A DNA stretch of 64,000 nt from Tricharina praecox (Eukaryota): contig NW_026250413.1 in the NCBI RefSeq assembly GCF_024521635.1, positions 806,001 to 870,000 on the forward strand. The letters run 5' to 3'. Under the pieces are notes generated by a model. It was not told where the DNA came from, made no database searches, and saw only the letters and a list, made by a program, of their open reading frames with translations. Made by a program: the position numbers and the translations under genes. Of this stretch, positions 1 to 14,341 are shown one piece after another. The first letter of the stretch is position 1. Every line of letters starts with the position of its first letter.

Positions 1-855
1 GTGCAGGAGCTGGGCGGGCGGCTTGACGTCCTCGGCCGTCAGCACCTTGCTGAGGAGGTACTGCGAGATCTTCCCGCTGTTGGGAAGACTGGGAAGTTCC
101 AATCCCGTGCGCGGCATCTTCCAGCCCGTCGCCTCTCCAGGCGGCGGAGACTCGGGCTCGAAAACGCTGCTCTCCTCCAGCGCGGCCGGGTCAATCTCCC
201 TCTCAGGCAACGGTGGCGTTAGCAACGGCCGCGAGTTCGTCAACCGTAGCAACAGCAGCCTGCACAGCGCCTTGACCGTCTCGAGCACAATAACAACATG
301 CCAGCGCATCTTCTTCCCGCGGCGCTTGGCGGCCATCTCCCACAGCAGCTCGGTGTACTGGATCATGGTGATCAACAGCGCGACGCGACGGTAGGAGGGA
401 CTGCGCGTCGTCCAGAATTTAGTGTAGCGATTATGCGGGGAGGGTTTTTCGCGCGGCAGGGAGGACGAGGCAGCAGCGTTGGCGAGCGCCGGCGAGCGCG
501 CGAGCAGCGAGTCGTGGTATAGCGAGAGGAGCTGGATCCCGCTGTGGAGCGACTCCGACGCGAGTTCGACATCTTTGAAGCGCGCTGTTGGTGTGGGGTG
601 GGATAGTTAGCGGTCATGATCACCATTGTCAAAGCGGGCAAATGACGGTCGCGTGTGAGAACGGGGGGCGGGGATGTATGTATCTAGCTGGGATATGGAA
701 CGGACGGACGGACCAGGAACTATATATGTCAAGCTTCTGAGCGCACTCTCGATCTGCGATACCGCGCCCGCGTTCTTTGTGATGAAGTCACCATACATGT
801 CCGTGTACGGTCGGAAGCTCTTCTTCCCCGCTGCCGCCGGTGGTGAGGCGTCCAT
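1..855 (-). CDS. PEX16: Peroxisomal membrane biogenesis protein Pex16 (5' part; continues off the left edge; intron ~585-713)
   Basis: Exon 1 YGDFITKNAGAVSQIESALRSLTYIVP, spliced (GT..GCTAAC..CAG) to RFKDVELASESLHSGIQLLSLYHDSLL, the typical fungal Pex16 N-terminus. Confidence 0.88.
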
Positions 856-1535
856 TACGACGAAGGATGCGATGGACCAGACTAGTTAAAGGAGTATGTA
901 GCTTGGATGGCGAATATGTGCCGTGGAAAAATACGCCGGTCGGGTCGAGTGAGGGCGGGGATAGATCGATGTGAGATAGGAATGGGATGGAGCGAGAGGT
1001 GGTGTGTTGGTTGCGTGCAATTAGGTGGGAGCTGCTGCTTGTTTGCGAGGCGAGGTAACAACACAAGTAGCGCGCCGGGGAGGGGGCCCATGGGGCCAAC
1101 AAGCGGCAACCTCGGCATGTGCTAGTTGTGCCGGTGGCATTCTCTAATGCCGGCGATTGGCCCGAGGCCTTCTGCAGCTCGGAAAATGAAACCTCACCAG
1201 TCAAGTGAACGCTCGCTGCGAAATCGCTCACGAGTGACAGCGCATGGACGGCTGTACAATTCTTCGCAAGCCCATTACATTACATGCAGACTCGACGCTC
1301 CCATACAAACTCATTGTCATCTCATTCATCCATCTACTTTTGAAAATGAACCAGAGCGAAACTAACGGCCGAAAAACGCAACAGAAGTACGATCCTCCAG
1401 ACAAAATGTGAGGTAACCCAAACGAACACAAGAATCATGGTCATATCATACACCACTGTGAAAGAGCAGAAAATAAAAGAGATGTAAGGAGAGTAGTGTA
1501 ATGCAGGTCATGACGTCAACTGTACCCTCCCAAGT

Positions 1536-4500
1536 TTACCGCTTCCTGTTCTTCTTCTTTTCGTCGCCGCCGTTAGGACGCGCAGTCTTCGCTTCCTTCA
1601 TCTCGGCCTCTTCTTCCATCTCGTCCCAGTCCTCTGTAAAATATATCAGCTATCGTGTGATGGGGAGAATGAATTCGGATGTTACTCACCACCAGAATCG
1701 ATATCAGAAGCCTCGGAGCCCTCGTCAGCGCTGGCATTACCATCGCTGAACTCTGACTCATCCGAAGCACTTCCGTCCGATTCCTCGCCGAAGTCGGAGG
1801 CTTCAAACTCAGACTCTTCCTCTTCGACCTCTCCGTCGTCGTCGTCCGAGTCGGTGCCCAAAAAGCTCCAGCCTCCATCTTGGAAGAAGGTCTTCGGATC
1901 CTGAATGACAGTCTTCATAATCGTGGGCCAGTTGAGATTCAACGGTCCCTCAGAGTATGCGATGTTACTCGAATCCAACCATTCCTTGACATTATCTAGG
2001 AGTTCCATAGGGATGGAGTTGATGTGGGTCACCGGCCGAGTGTACTCCTTGTACACGCAGACGAGATCAAAGTTCTTGAGTCCGAACTACAGTTTCTTGT
2101 CAGCATCAGCTCTCCAAAATGTGTCGTAAAGTGACATACCTGTACACGCTCCAGATGGGCAATCTCAATCTCATCCAGAGTGATAACCAGGAACGGCATA
2201 TCCGTCAGGGAAACCAATGCGTCCGTAGTAGGTGCACAAAGGACATTCGCACGGAACGGGACTCCGCTAAAGCCGAGCTCACGATATGGGACATCAACAT
2301 CAACACCAGCCTCGATCTTCTTGGCGGCTTCGGAGATCTTCTCGGCAAACGCTTTGAACTCCTTGTCCAACTCGGCCCTCCTTCTCCGTTCCTCCTGCTC
2401 CTGCTCGAATTCTTCCTCGTCTCCGTATCGGTACTTCCTCTTCCTGTTTCCAGTCTCATCGAATTGAATGTCGGTAGCCTCGCGGTAGAATTGAACGTCC
2501 TTTGTCTTCTTCTTACCGATCATGATAGGATCTTTAAGGTGGACATGAATGAGAACAATCAACTCGTGAGCGCAAGGCTGGAAGAAGAGATGTTTGACAT
2601 TGCTGAACAGGATATCGACGCGGTGATCGTTGCGCAGGGGTGATTGATATCGCAGACCGTTCTCGTGGATCTCGAGCTCTCCGGGAACACGCTTGCCGTC
2701 CATGCCGGGCCGAATGAAGACGTCGGGCAAACGCTGGGGGCGACGGTTGCGCATCTCCCGGAGGTTGTCCTGAGTGACAACATCCTCCATCTCCTTCCGC
2801 TCGTTTTCCTTCTTGGTGGCATTCTTCTTCATGTCCGTGATGCTGTCGCAGATGGAAGCGATACGCTCATTATCGGTGCTGCGGTAGGTCAAACTTCGGA
2901 GGAAGTGAGCATTGGGATCCTCAAACGGCAGATCGTCTTTTCTTCCGACACCCTGACCAGGCGACAGCAGATTGATGCGCAAGTACGTGAAATCGTCTTC
3001 CTCCGTCTTGCTGGCGTTCTTGATGGTCGCGATATGGAAAGGCACGGGGCGTCCAAAGACAGGAACGATGATGGTCTGGTTCCTTGCGTCAACGACGATT
3101 TTGAGATCGCCTACAGCGAGAGGCAGCTGGTTCTCCCTCTTGTAGGACTCGAATCGCTTGATCGCACGCTTGCCCTTGCCATCGCCCACAGTGCCGCCCT
3201 CAGAGAATCTCTCGAGACCTCGAGATTGCAATGTGGCCCGCAGCTCGGCTTGATGCTCTTTGCGCCTAGCTTCGGCGCCATCATCGACCGTACCACGGTC
3301 ACCACGGAGCTTTGACTTCATGATGACAGCCGTGCTTCTGGGAGGCGGAGCCCGGATTTGCTTCTGCTCGGGCTTCGGCTTCACCTCGGGCTCATCGTCC
3401 TTAAAGTAGAAAGCCGCTTCCTTGAGGTCTTTGGGGCAACCTCCAGTAAAGACAAGAGGGTCTGAATTGGTAACCTTTACGGTATCCGTCAACAACAAGC
3501 TGTAAATTTTGCTCTTGGCATCCTGGGGTTTTGGGTTTTCGAGATCGCTGAAGCCAACGGTGACACAGAGAGTCATTCCGTCCTTCAGCACTCTTGTACT
3601 CTTGGCGTTAATTGTCAGGCAACTATCGCGGGCCTCGATGCCGATACCGAATCCGATGGTCTTGAGGAAATGCTTCTCGACTTCAGGGTATTTGGACTTG
3701 ACGTTTTGGAGAGCCTTCTGATAGATTTCTTTGCAAACCGCACCATCTCGCATCGACTTGAGTACTGTCCACTGGAGCTCGATCAAAAAGCTGTAATACT
3801 TCTCTTGGGACTATCGGAGCGGTTAGAAGAGATATCTATCAGTAAATCAGCGGGGCGTACGTACCTTGCTTGGATCTATCAAGTAAGTCCTTCCAATCTG
3901 AGCAGAGTAGGACTTGTACCGCCAGCCCATCGAAGCCAGGATGATACCCGCGTGAAGTGGGTTATCGTCAGCCTGAGCGCTTTGCTTCAAGTCGTACTTG
4001 CCACCACTCTGGACAACGGGCCCAACCGTCCAATCCAGCTGGGTAACATCGAAATCATCCCCGAGCTTCAAAGACTTGGCCTTGAAGAATTTCTGGTCGT
4101 CGATCTTGGCTTCGATCTTCCGTGAGAGCGCCTCATGAGTGACCTTCTTCTCCTCGTCGATGATCTTTGACATTTCGTCGATGAAGTAGTCCTTCATGAC
4201 CGCCACGAGTGCCCTGGAAGACGTGCGCATGGTCTTCAATTCTGCATCATCTTTGACCGCCATGCAGTGCGAGAATGCGAGCGACACATCCACCTCTTGA
4301 ACACCAAGCCCCTCCGCAGAATAGACTTCCCGCCACGCCTTAGGAAACGGGCCGTCGGCCTGGTCTTTCGCAAGGACACCGACCTTGTTTCCCGACTTTT
4401 TGATGGCATCGCAGATCGTTTGGAACTGTCTCTTGTTCTCCGCTTCGTCTTTGCCCCTCATCAAGAACTCAACGGGAATCTTACCCCCCTTGAGTGGCTC

Positions 4501-4893
4501 CAGATGTCTCGCTATCAAGCAACCGCGTCAGCGCCACCTAACACACAGCATCACGAACACAATGATTGACTCACCCTTCTTTGGCGTCGTGACGACGTAA
4601 AACTTCTCTGGGGTAACCAAGAACAGTGTCGCCGGGAATTCGTAACCGAGTAGCCAGAACTGCACAAGTCAATTGTAAGCTTGCCACATTCCTGACAACG
4701 AGCGAAATCGGGGTGCACAAACGTGTAGCGACAAGGATTTAGAATACGGGCCCTCTGCGGTCTTTCCCATCACCACCAAGATGGATCCAGCTCCAGCAAA
4801 CGCCTCATTCTTCTTGGGATCCCTCCATGTCGATACGAGGTTGCTCAAGCGAGTGTGGAACTGCTGCTTGTCGATCTTGACTTCGTCGCCCAT
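1536..4893 (-). CDS. SPT16: FACT complex subunit Spt16 (multi-exon)
   Basis: ORFs 4669-4893, 3847-4518, 2029-3786 and 1682-2056: aminopeptidase-like N-domain, [32 protein letters not shown] and an acidic C-tail. Confidence 0.97.
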
Positions 4894-5643
4894 GTTTGTT
4901 GCTAGTTTTGGGGATGGAGTTGAGTTTGTGCTCTTGCACTATGGGAAGTGGATGTGGCGATGATAGTTGTAGGTTTGCTCGAGCTGTGGTAGAAAAAAGT
5001 GTCCGTGGACCGATATGTATGAGGTGGACGAGGCTCGCGGAATGGACGCGACGCGATTACTATGGCCGCTGCGAGTTGTTAGGGCAACGTTATTTCCTAA
5101 GCTGCTTCGTTGGGCGCGAATGCAGCTCTGAGGTTGATAGATGACGACGGACCTCGTAAAAAGTGAGGGAAGAGTGAAGTGAAGTGGAAAATGAGAGGAA
5201 AGGAGAGCAATCGCGTTTCGTCAGAATGTCGGTCGCGTAAAGAAGCAAGACAGGTGTGTGCCAAGACATATTCTGCTCAATTAGCACGGGTCGCTCAACG
5301 TGGCCGATCACTATCAATCACTCACCGTTGCTCACAACAAACCGGGCAAATTGCAAACGGCAACAACCCGTTTCACCATAGTCTAGAAAGGCTGTATGCG
5401 AAAAAAAAAAATTGATCTTCACGCACACTCTTGGTAGCAACCCGAGATGCTCGGGCGAAAAAGTTGACGATAAGATCACAAAGCAAAAAGCTTGAAAGGT
5501 GACCATGAATTAGGTAGGAAACGCGAAAGAATAAGTGAGTGATCTGCAAATAATTGTACAAGTATAGCGACAATAGACACATTCCCATCCGAGTCCTCCT
5601 AAATGCTCCATACCTTGGATAGCATAGTCTCCTATCAAAATCT

Positions 5644-7867
5644 TTAATAATCCCTCATTATCATCACGATCCGATCCAACCTCATCAGCTGTGCCAACAT
5701 TCGTTCTTCCCGTGACCTCCAGATATCCAACTCCTTCTTCTCGTTCTTCGACATATACTCTTCGTAGTTTGCCTTGACGTCCGAACGCTCGCTCTTTTCG
5801 ATGAGATGCTTACGTTTCTCCTTCTCGGCCATGGTCCGTTGAATATTCCTACTCATAGCTTTGTAGACGTCCGAGAGCAGTAGAGCATTGGCCCGTGCCT
5901 CGTCGAAGAACCATAGGAAGTATGTCCTCGTTGCTTGCGGTGGGATAGATTTGGGAACCTCCTGGAGCTCAATGTGACCGCACTCGTGAAGGCCGGAGAG
6001 AACAGCGCGGATTTGGTTCTGCTTAAGTAACGCTATGTTGGCGATCTGTTGAAGTCAGTATGCAGACTTTGTAAACAATAGCAAGACCGGTTACCTGTTT
6101 CTCATCCAGTTTTCCCTTGTCCTTGATGATCCTAAGTAACCGAGTCCCTGTGCTTTCAAATCGTTCTTCAACAATCTTCTCGAGCTCTATGCTTCGCATC
6201 GTCTTTCCCAGCTCCTTATAATTAACACTCCACTCTCCCATACCTCGGTTGCCTTCACCGATCAGGAACTTGAAAGAGTCTTCCTGCAGGAGCAGCAAAT
6301 GCTGCTTTATCAGCTTTATGCGTTTTTGCTTCTCGAGTGCCTCGGGTTCCATGTCTTCGTCCACCTCGGCCCACTCGTCTTCTTCTTCCTCCTCCTCGGA
6401 TTCTTCCTCGGATTCATCTGAATTGTGACGGCTCTTGCCGTTCGGTTTACTACTGCCATTCCTGCGGGGTTTGTCATCGTCAGAATTGTCGAGTGATCGT
6501 TTCCGTGTTTTCGATTTGCTTTCATTGGGCGCAACAGCAATGGAGCCTTCCAGCTTGATGTCTTTGTTGAAGTTTTTCGCTAAATCGCGGCAGCTGAGTT
6601 TAATCTCTGTCATGTAGGTCAGCTCCTGAAAGACGTATAAATGGTAGGTGAGCAGCAAACTCTTTAAAGGCTTGTCTTCGTCTTCTTGTACCCCTTCGTC
6701 TCCAATGTTGTCCTTGCAGCGGAAGATATGGGGCTCAATCATGCTCAGGAACTCTGCGTAGACCTGCGCAGTAACTTTTCCGAGTCGCTGTTCGGCAAGT
6801 GATACCAACTCAGCATTTCGGAAAACGACGAGAAACTTATCGTGGTTGATTCGTAGAACCAGGTTCTCCTACAGACACCGAACATCAGTTAATCAGCTTG
6901 CAGTGGAAGCGGCTCCACTTCAGGTCGCGAGCTTACATCGACCTCCCAATCAACATCCTCTTCTTCGTCGTCGTATATTGACACCTTCTTCCGCTTCTTG
7001 GACCTTCCGCCCGGCTGAGCAGCCTTCCTCTTCAATCCTGCGTTCTCCGATACGTCGCCGATCTCCATCTCCTTCAATCTGATCTTCATTTGCGCGTTGA
7101 CCTCCTTCATCAACTTCAATTCACTGCTGAAGTTCTTGTGCAACTTCGAGATGAGCTCGGCGCGCATGCCGTTTTCTATGTCGGTCCTCGTATGGACGTG
7201 GTGTTGCTTGACTTCGACCAGAAACCTCTCGCGCAACATATTCGTTATGACCTCCTTCAGCGTTTCGACAGAGGTGATCGGTGTGTCGGCCTCGATGACA
7301 GCAGAAGGATCGCTGTCCTTAGCCTTCCGTGCTTTCTTGGTCGAAATACCGTAGGCCGCCAGAAAGTCGCTAACCCTCGCGTGGCCCAACTGGAGCAAGT
7401 TGCTGGCGATCAGAGCGCCATCATTGCCAAAGAGCTCCTCGATCGTCCGAATGATCCGCCCCGCGTGTAGCAACTGGTAGGCCTGAGTCCAGTTGCAATC
7501 GTAGTAACAGACAGGGTTTCCTCCCTCATTGTGCGTAAAGTGAACGACGAGGTGCTGCTGAATCAATACCACGAGTGTCTGCTTGACCGTCTTCTGTGGC
7601 AGCGCAGTGTACTGGCAGATTTGCAGGAGAGGTAATCGACCGCGCTCGAGAAGGATACTGACGACTTTCTGGGATTCAGTGAGTGAAAGCACTCAGGCAC
7701 AGGACTGGGAAATGCCAACCGAAGACACTTCTCCATATATGTCTTGAACAAGGAGCGTGCACAACTCAGCTGCTGTTGCCTGGGAATTGTCAGCGAGCGG
7801 TCTCTCTCCTGACAGAACTCATCGGCGTCGGGAACAGCAATGACGAGAGATTGCGTACTTGCGACAT
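5644..7867 (-). CDS. RPC82: RNA polymerase III subunit C82/Rpc3 (multi-exon)
   Basis: ATGTCGCAA micro-exon spliced to ATAAELCTLLVQDIYGE; winged-helix repeats (LVVLIQQHLV, RLLRIIKDKGKLDEKQ, ELQEVPK..RTYFLWF). Confidence 0.9.
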
Positions 7868-8369
7868 TACATAACCCGGTTTCGTAGAAAAAGAATGGTG
7901 TTATTGGAAGTCTGAAGGTGTCTGGAAGATGCGCATGCAAGAGGGATGCTGTTGAAGTTGTGTCCTGGATATTGACTTCAAGAGATGAGGGAAGGCAAAT
8001 GCTAGCGCGGACTAATATTTTGTGTTGTGTGAGTCGCGCTCTGGCGATCACAGGACTCACTCGACCCCACCGAGGCTGAAGAAGAGCCGCATGAATGGTA
8101 GCTCAAGAGCGCCACTGGGGCTGAAGCCGAGCCGCAAGCCTAGCAACTGCTGCCAGGATGAAGAAAACTCACGCTCGCCACACATCTCAGACCAGATCCG
8201 AGCCAATCATAGCTTCTCTTTGTCGAATCACACACTCCCGCTTTTCTCCGTCTGCCCAATTCTCACGATACCACAAGTTACCGGTTTCGCCAAACCAACC
8301 CCACCACCACCACCAATACAAATACCCCACCCTCCGTCACCACAACCCATCCCCCCCACGTTTTTCGAC

Positions 8370-9907
8370 ATGCTCGCGAGGTCTTCCATCGCACGGGGCC
8401 TTCCCCAATGCTGCGCCAAAGCCGCTCCCTCGGCCCGCCGGGGTATGGCTGCCGCCGCAAACCCTTTCCACTACTCGGTCGGCAATGCGGGCGGCGTTAA
8501 GGTCGCATCCCGGGACGACGGTGGACCAACTACATCCCTTGCCGTTGTTGTGCGGGGTGGAAGCAGATACGAGTCGTCGCCAGGTCTCGCCCACGGATTG
8601 GCATCCTTCGCATTCAAGGTACCCCGACAACTTCGGTGATGGGAAGGGGAGACGAGAGACCTTGGAGGCATAGGGGTGCTGATTGGGGTATCAATTATTG
8701 ACAGAACACCACAAAACGCTCGGCACTGCGCCTGCAGCGAGAGTCGGAGTTGCTCGGAGGGTCCTTTGGCTCGACCTTGTCCCGCGAGAACATCGTCCTG
8801 AGGGCGAAGTTCCTCCGTGACGACCTCCCATACTTCGTTGAAGCTCTCGGAGAGGTGATGAGCAAGACCAAGTACATCCGTAAGGATGCCTATCGATTTC
8901 CCACCGCTCTTCGTTGCGCCTGACGTTTCCTACCAGACTATGAATTCCAGGAAGAGGTCGGTCCTATCATGATTACCGAACTCAGCAAATACTCGCACAA
9001 CCCCGCGGATGTCGCCCTCGAGCACGCCCACAACGTCGCCTTCCACTCCGGACTCGGTGGTCACCGTCTCGCGATGAGCAACAAGTTCTCTTCCTCGCTC
9101 ATCCCTTCATACGCCCAGCAGGTGTACCAGAAGGGCAACATCGCCGTCGTTGCTTCTGGTGCCGCCCAGGCCGAGCTCGAGAAGTGGACCGGCCAGTTCT
9201 TCACTGATCTGACTGAGGGTTCCGGTCTCCCCTCAAACGTCACCAAGTACTACGGTGGTGAGAACCGCATCTACAACGATCATGGTGATGCCATCGTTAT
9301 CGCCTTCCCCGGATCGCAGGGTGGTCCCAACTTCAAGGCCGAGTTCAGCGTACTCGCCTACCTCCTTGGTGGTGAGTCGTCCACCAAGTGGAACCACGGC
9401 ACCAGCGCCCTGTCCCAGGCCGTCTCTCAGATGGCCGGTGTCAAGGCCATTGCCAAGCACGTCGCCTACTCGGATGCTGGCTTGCTGTCCATCACCGTCA
9501 CCGGTCCCCAGACCGCTCTTCACCAGGCTGGCGCAGAGGTCGTCAAGGCCATCAAAAGTCTCGCTTCCGTGAAGCCCGAGGACGTCAAGAAGGCCATCGC
9601 GCAGGCCAAGTTCGATGTCCTGGCTGCTGCTGAGGACCGGTCCGTCGGTCTGGAGCTCATCGGCCAGAGCGTCATTGCCTCTGGCAAGGCTCCTCAGGTT
9701 GAGGGTGTCATCAAGGCTTTGGAGGGTGTTACCGTTGACACCGTCAAGAGCGTAAGTTTCCATCTTCTCCATTCCCTGTTATTTCTCTCCTATACTAACC
9801 TACATCTACAGGCCGCGAAGAAGCTTCTGGACGGCAAGGCCACATACACCGCCGTTGGAGACCTGCATTACCTCCCCTTCGCTGCGGACATCGGCCTGCA
9901 GGTGTAA
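8370..9907 (+). CDS. QCR2: Ubiquinol-cytochrome c reductase core subunit 2 (M16 family, 3 introns)
   Basis: Mitochondrial presequence [46 protein letters not shown]-terminal [17 protein letters not shown]. Confidence 0.95.
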
Positions 9908-10473
9908 ATGACTGCATGGCGAGGGAGGACGGGGAGGGGTTGTTAGACTACTATTGGATAGCGTGTCATGATAGCGGAAAAGGCGGTGCAAAAAGCAATA
10001 GAGCTGGGGGTGTGTCAGAGACCATGTAAAGAAGCCCTTATGTTTGTTGTTTATCTGATACATACGCTCGACTTAATCGTAACCTCGTCAACACGCTGCA
10101 CAGAGGAGTATCAATGAACAAAGAATTGCACCTCATCCTCAGTGGTTCGTGGCTAGCAGTGGAACCCGAATGGCATACTACCTATACCCCTTTTCATGAT
10201 GGTTCCCTCCTTCCCACCTTACAGCTTAGTGCCTGCCGTCCTTACTATCACAGCTTTCCTGCTTGGTATCCAAGCCTTCGAACATTCGATGCCGGATATA
10301 TACGCCGAGTAGAACAGGCGTCGTTACACGAGCTAGATATCATGACGTTTCAGTCTTTGCTCTGCACTGATATCACTCGTCTTTTGCCACATTTTTGTCA
10401 TTATTTGCCATTTCGCCATTTTGCCCATTTTTCAGATACCATGATCCTTAACTCAAGTACTAGGAAGTATCTA

Positions 10474-11422
10474 CTAACAAATATCCTCCACCTTGAGATT
10501 GGCCTCAAACGGGCCAAGATCCGACTTCAACGTCCGTCCGAACTGCTCCAGCAATATCTCAAAACAGACCTTCGTAATCGCCGGATCATACCTATTCTTC
10601 GAGCTCTCGTCTCGGATGAATCTGCGCCAATATCAGCCCAGTACATTACCTAGCCAGCCAGTCAGTAGGGGGTGGAATTGGTGGGTGCATACGCATGTTG
10701 GCTCCACGCCAGCTCATAGAAGCTAAACACGACGCCCGCCTCATGGAGGGACTTCCTGATGAGATCCCTCCCATCAGCAGGAACATGATTATCGAGTTTC
10801 CCAAATATCATCGCGACCTCCGCGTGGCCGAGGTCTCCGGCCGTGACCCGTTGCAGCGAGTTGTCCTGCTTCCCGGCGCCCAGGCTGTGGCTGTGAATGT
10901 CCGTCGCGAAGTAGCACACCGCGCTGGTCACGCGCGCGTCCATCGCGCACCGGAACGCAAGGTGCCCCCCGAGACACATTCCCGTCGCCCCGATCGACCC
11001 GTTGATCGTCGGCAGGGAGAGCAGCAGGTCGATCGCGAGCGTGGCGTCTTCGTCGTAGGAGGCCACGGACTGCACATCCCCCCTCATTAGCTGCCGCATA
11101 CCCACCCACCAACCACCCACCAACCACATACCTTAGTAACCTTCAATTCATTCCCGCGATCGGTCCCTGGGCCATCATAGGCGAGGGGCTCTGGGCCCTC
11201 AAAGCCATGGAACGAGCTGGGGGCCGCGCAGATGTAGCCCTGGCCCGCGATCTGCCGCGCGAACCGCGCGACTGGCCCCGTCACCTGGTAGATCTCGGAG
11301 AATACTACTACGCCCGGGAATTTGGCGTGCGGATGGTTCGGGATCGATGGGTGCGTGATGAAGATCCGCATTGTCTCGCCTGAGGCCGTAAGGACGTCTT
11401 TGTGGAATTCTTTGATGAGCAT
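10474..11422 (-). CDS. Dienelactone hydrolase family protein (multi-exon)
   Basis: PGVVVFSEIYQVTGPVARFARQIAGQGY and nucleophile motif GMCLGG; D-N-H-V-P and AWSQHA motifs. Confidence 0.9.
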
Positions 11423-11699
11423 GGTGATGGTGGTGGGTTGGTGATGGTGATGGTGAATGGAGGATTGAGGGAGGTGGAGTTGGTGAGATGCGGACTGTGG
11501 ATTGCGGGGTTCGTATGGATAATGGCGGGGTCGCTTTGGGTTATATATACCTCTATGATCGCGGGGTTACATGTTACATCTGCAGGGCTGATGATCATCC
11601 CGCTTCTACCGCATTGTTTAACGCATGCGCAAATTGACTCTACTATGGGCCCACGATCCTAACCTCGACCTCCTCCTCCAACCCATACATTGTCCTCCA

Positions 11700-12673
11700 G
11701 TCCACTAACCAATTGAACAGCCCACTCTCGAGTCCCACTGGCCATCTGCATACCCCCAAAACAATTCACCTCCACCGTCTCAAGAGTCAACAGCCCACTC
11801 ACCCTCTCTCTCAGTGCCGCGTGCACATCAAGCACAAACTTGGTGCCCAATCTCTGGTATCGCAATACCCTCAGCTTCCGCACACTTCCTATGTAAACAT
11901 CTCATTGCATTCCAAAGTCCTGAGCACCACCTCCCTGAGCCTCTTATATCCAACCTTCCACTGTCATCCCCAGCCCACCAGCCTCTCCGAATACTGCGAA
12001 ACATCCCGCACCCATCCATACTCCGGCACGAAGACCCGCAGGCCGCGGGCAGCCACTCGTTGTTATTAGTATCCACAACCTCCCTTCTCCCTCCACGGCA
12101 GACAATGCATCACCTCTCCCTCCTCCTCCGAGTTCGGCAAAGCCCTGAATACCCACTGGCCGGCGAGAAGGTAGACTCGGCACCACCGCTGCGGCATCCT
12201 TGAAGGATGGAGCCGATACCGTCCTTGCTTGCTGAGGCCTTCCTCCAGGCGCATGGAATATTTCTCTCCGTTTCTATTGCAGCAGCAACGGGAGTAGTAG
12301 GTCCTCATACATCTCGGAGATGCGGCCAGTCTGTATTCTGATCTCGATCTCGGCCGCTGGCGGCAGCGCTGCGCTGCGCATAGCTGCTGGAACAACGAGA
12401 GATGGCCGGTGAGGTCTTCGGGGAGGGAGCGCGTGCCCGTCGGCATATTTTGCTGCGAGATTAGGTAGGATTGACCGTCAGCGGGAGAAGCGGGTTTGCC
12501 GCAGGTTGTGGCGGTACCTATGTAGGCGGTTAGTGGGACTTGGGAGTGCTCGAGGGATTTCAGGGCTGTGGGGAGATCGGCGAAGGCGTGGTTGCTGGTG
12601 TTGTAGTTATAGTTTTCAGGGTTGGAGAGGATCTGGGACAGGGAGAGTTCGATGATTCTGAGGGGGGCGGCAT
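11700..12673 (-). pseudogene. Possible decayed intron-containing orphan gene
   Basis: Coding-like frame LRIIELSLSQILSNPENYNY..AYI out of phase with the ATG across a C6 run; canonical GTACC..GCTGAC..CAG intron (~12452-12517); downstream frame interrupted by several stops. No recognisable homology. Confidence 0.3.
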
Positions 12674-13097
12674 TGCGAAGGTGGGTACCTACCTCCTAGA
12701 GAGGTAATGTGAGAGGTTCCCGAGCTCTTGCACGAAGCTCAAGAGTCAAGTACGGTGAAGCTATGGTCCAAAGACGAGCTGACATTATTCTACCTACATT
12801 CCTTTGCTGGGGGTGAATGAGACTTCCGGCTTTATAGCCTCTAACTTTACTCGCGTGTTCTCACCCATGGACCGTATGTATAATAATTTTTCAGGCCGAG
12901 GATCGCCGGAGCTGAGCCCGAGCCCGAGCTTGAAGCTGAGCTGCACCCTGCCGGCGGCCGCAGCAGCTCACCATGCAGAAGCTAGAGTAAACCCACAAGC
13001 GAGCCCTGTCCTGACCTTAATCCCACCTCCCCCCTCCTCCCCCCAGTGCCCCCACCATCCTCACCCCACCCAGCACCCCCAGCAACCCCCAGCAACA

Positions 13098-14205
13098 ATG
13101 GCAACCCTCACCAACCCGCGGCGCATCCTCCTCGTGGGGACGCCGAACTCCGGCAAACTCACATTTTTAAAATGTACCTCCCCCTTCGCCCCCCTCCCCC
13201 TCCCCCTTCGCCCAAACCCATCTACCTATGCACCAGCTAATGCGTGGATGCGTGGGGGAATAGCACTTACGGGAACTCTCCCGCCACTGCCGGACGCGAC
13301 CGGGCCGCATGCGGGGCTGTCGCATGAGTATCAGATAAACACGCCGTACTACAGCGCTACCGTGCCCGTGTGGGTTGATGAGCTGCCGGCTCCGGGGGCT
13401 GTGGGGGTGAAGGAAGAGGAGTCGAAGAAGGAGGGGGAGGGGGAGAAGGAGGAGGGGGAGGGGGAGAAGGAGGATGCAGCGGCAGCGGCATCTGCAGGGG
13501 GGGAGTCCTCTAAAGAAGAAGAAGCCCCCGAAACACTCCAAACCTGGACGACCTCCTACCTCTCCGCCTCCGCGTCGGAGGTGCTGAGCGTTCTCGGCAG
13601 CCTAATCCTCACATTCCGTTCCACCTCCGAGCTTTCCTTGCTCCTCAGCTCGCTCCACCGCATCGTCAACAAGATGGGCATGATGTGGGACGGAGTGTGT
13701 CTAGCCGTCGCCATGGCGGACGGACCGCTGCCGGAGGGAACAGAGGATACGTGCTTGGGTTACGGGTTTGAGTTGGTGGAATATAATGGGGGAAGGAGAG
13801 GGGGTAGGAATGAATATGGAGAGGCGACGGGCATGGATAGGGTTGTGGAGGCTCTTGCGGCCGGGGATTGGGCCGGTGATGGGGGGGATGATGAGGATGA
13901 GGATGAGGATGGCGAGGATGAGGATGGCAAGGACAAGGAGTGGTTAGATGGGATTGGCGGTGAGATGGAGCGGGAGATGATGGGGTTGAAGGTGGAGCTT
14001 GCTCGGGAGGATAGGGGCGAGGGCGAGGAGGAGGGCGGCGTGGAGAATCTTGAGGCTGTGTTGGCGCGGCTGCAGATGGTCAAAGGTGTGTGGGATGTGC
14101 TCTGTGCTGCGGGACTGGCTGACGTGCGTAGACATGGGCGACGAGCTGCCGATGGCCGAGCGCCGGAAATTGGCCGCAAAGGTACTCGCCGATATCATGA
14201 AATAA
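13098..14205 (+). CDS. IRC6: Irc6/AAGAB (p34)-like adaptin-binding protein (2 introns)
   Basis: PRRILLVGTPNSGKLTFLK P-loop-like start, INTPYYSATVPVWVDE, RNEYGEATGMDRVVEAL, C-terminal LPMAERRKLAAK. Confidence 0.8.
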
Positions 14206-14341
14206 AAATGACATCCTCCTCCTTCAATCCACCCAGAATCGATGTCTGAAGATCCAAGAAGTATGTACACAACCGTAGAAAACCAAAACGCCAAACAGCC
14301 AACCAATTACGCATCGCATCCCCATCTATAGTACCGAGTAT

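Noticed and set aside
10337-10374. C/D-box-like ATGACG..CTGA between GATATC repeats
   Set aside because: Too short for a snoRNA and the C box is imperfect
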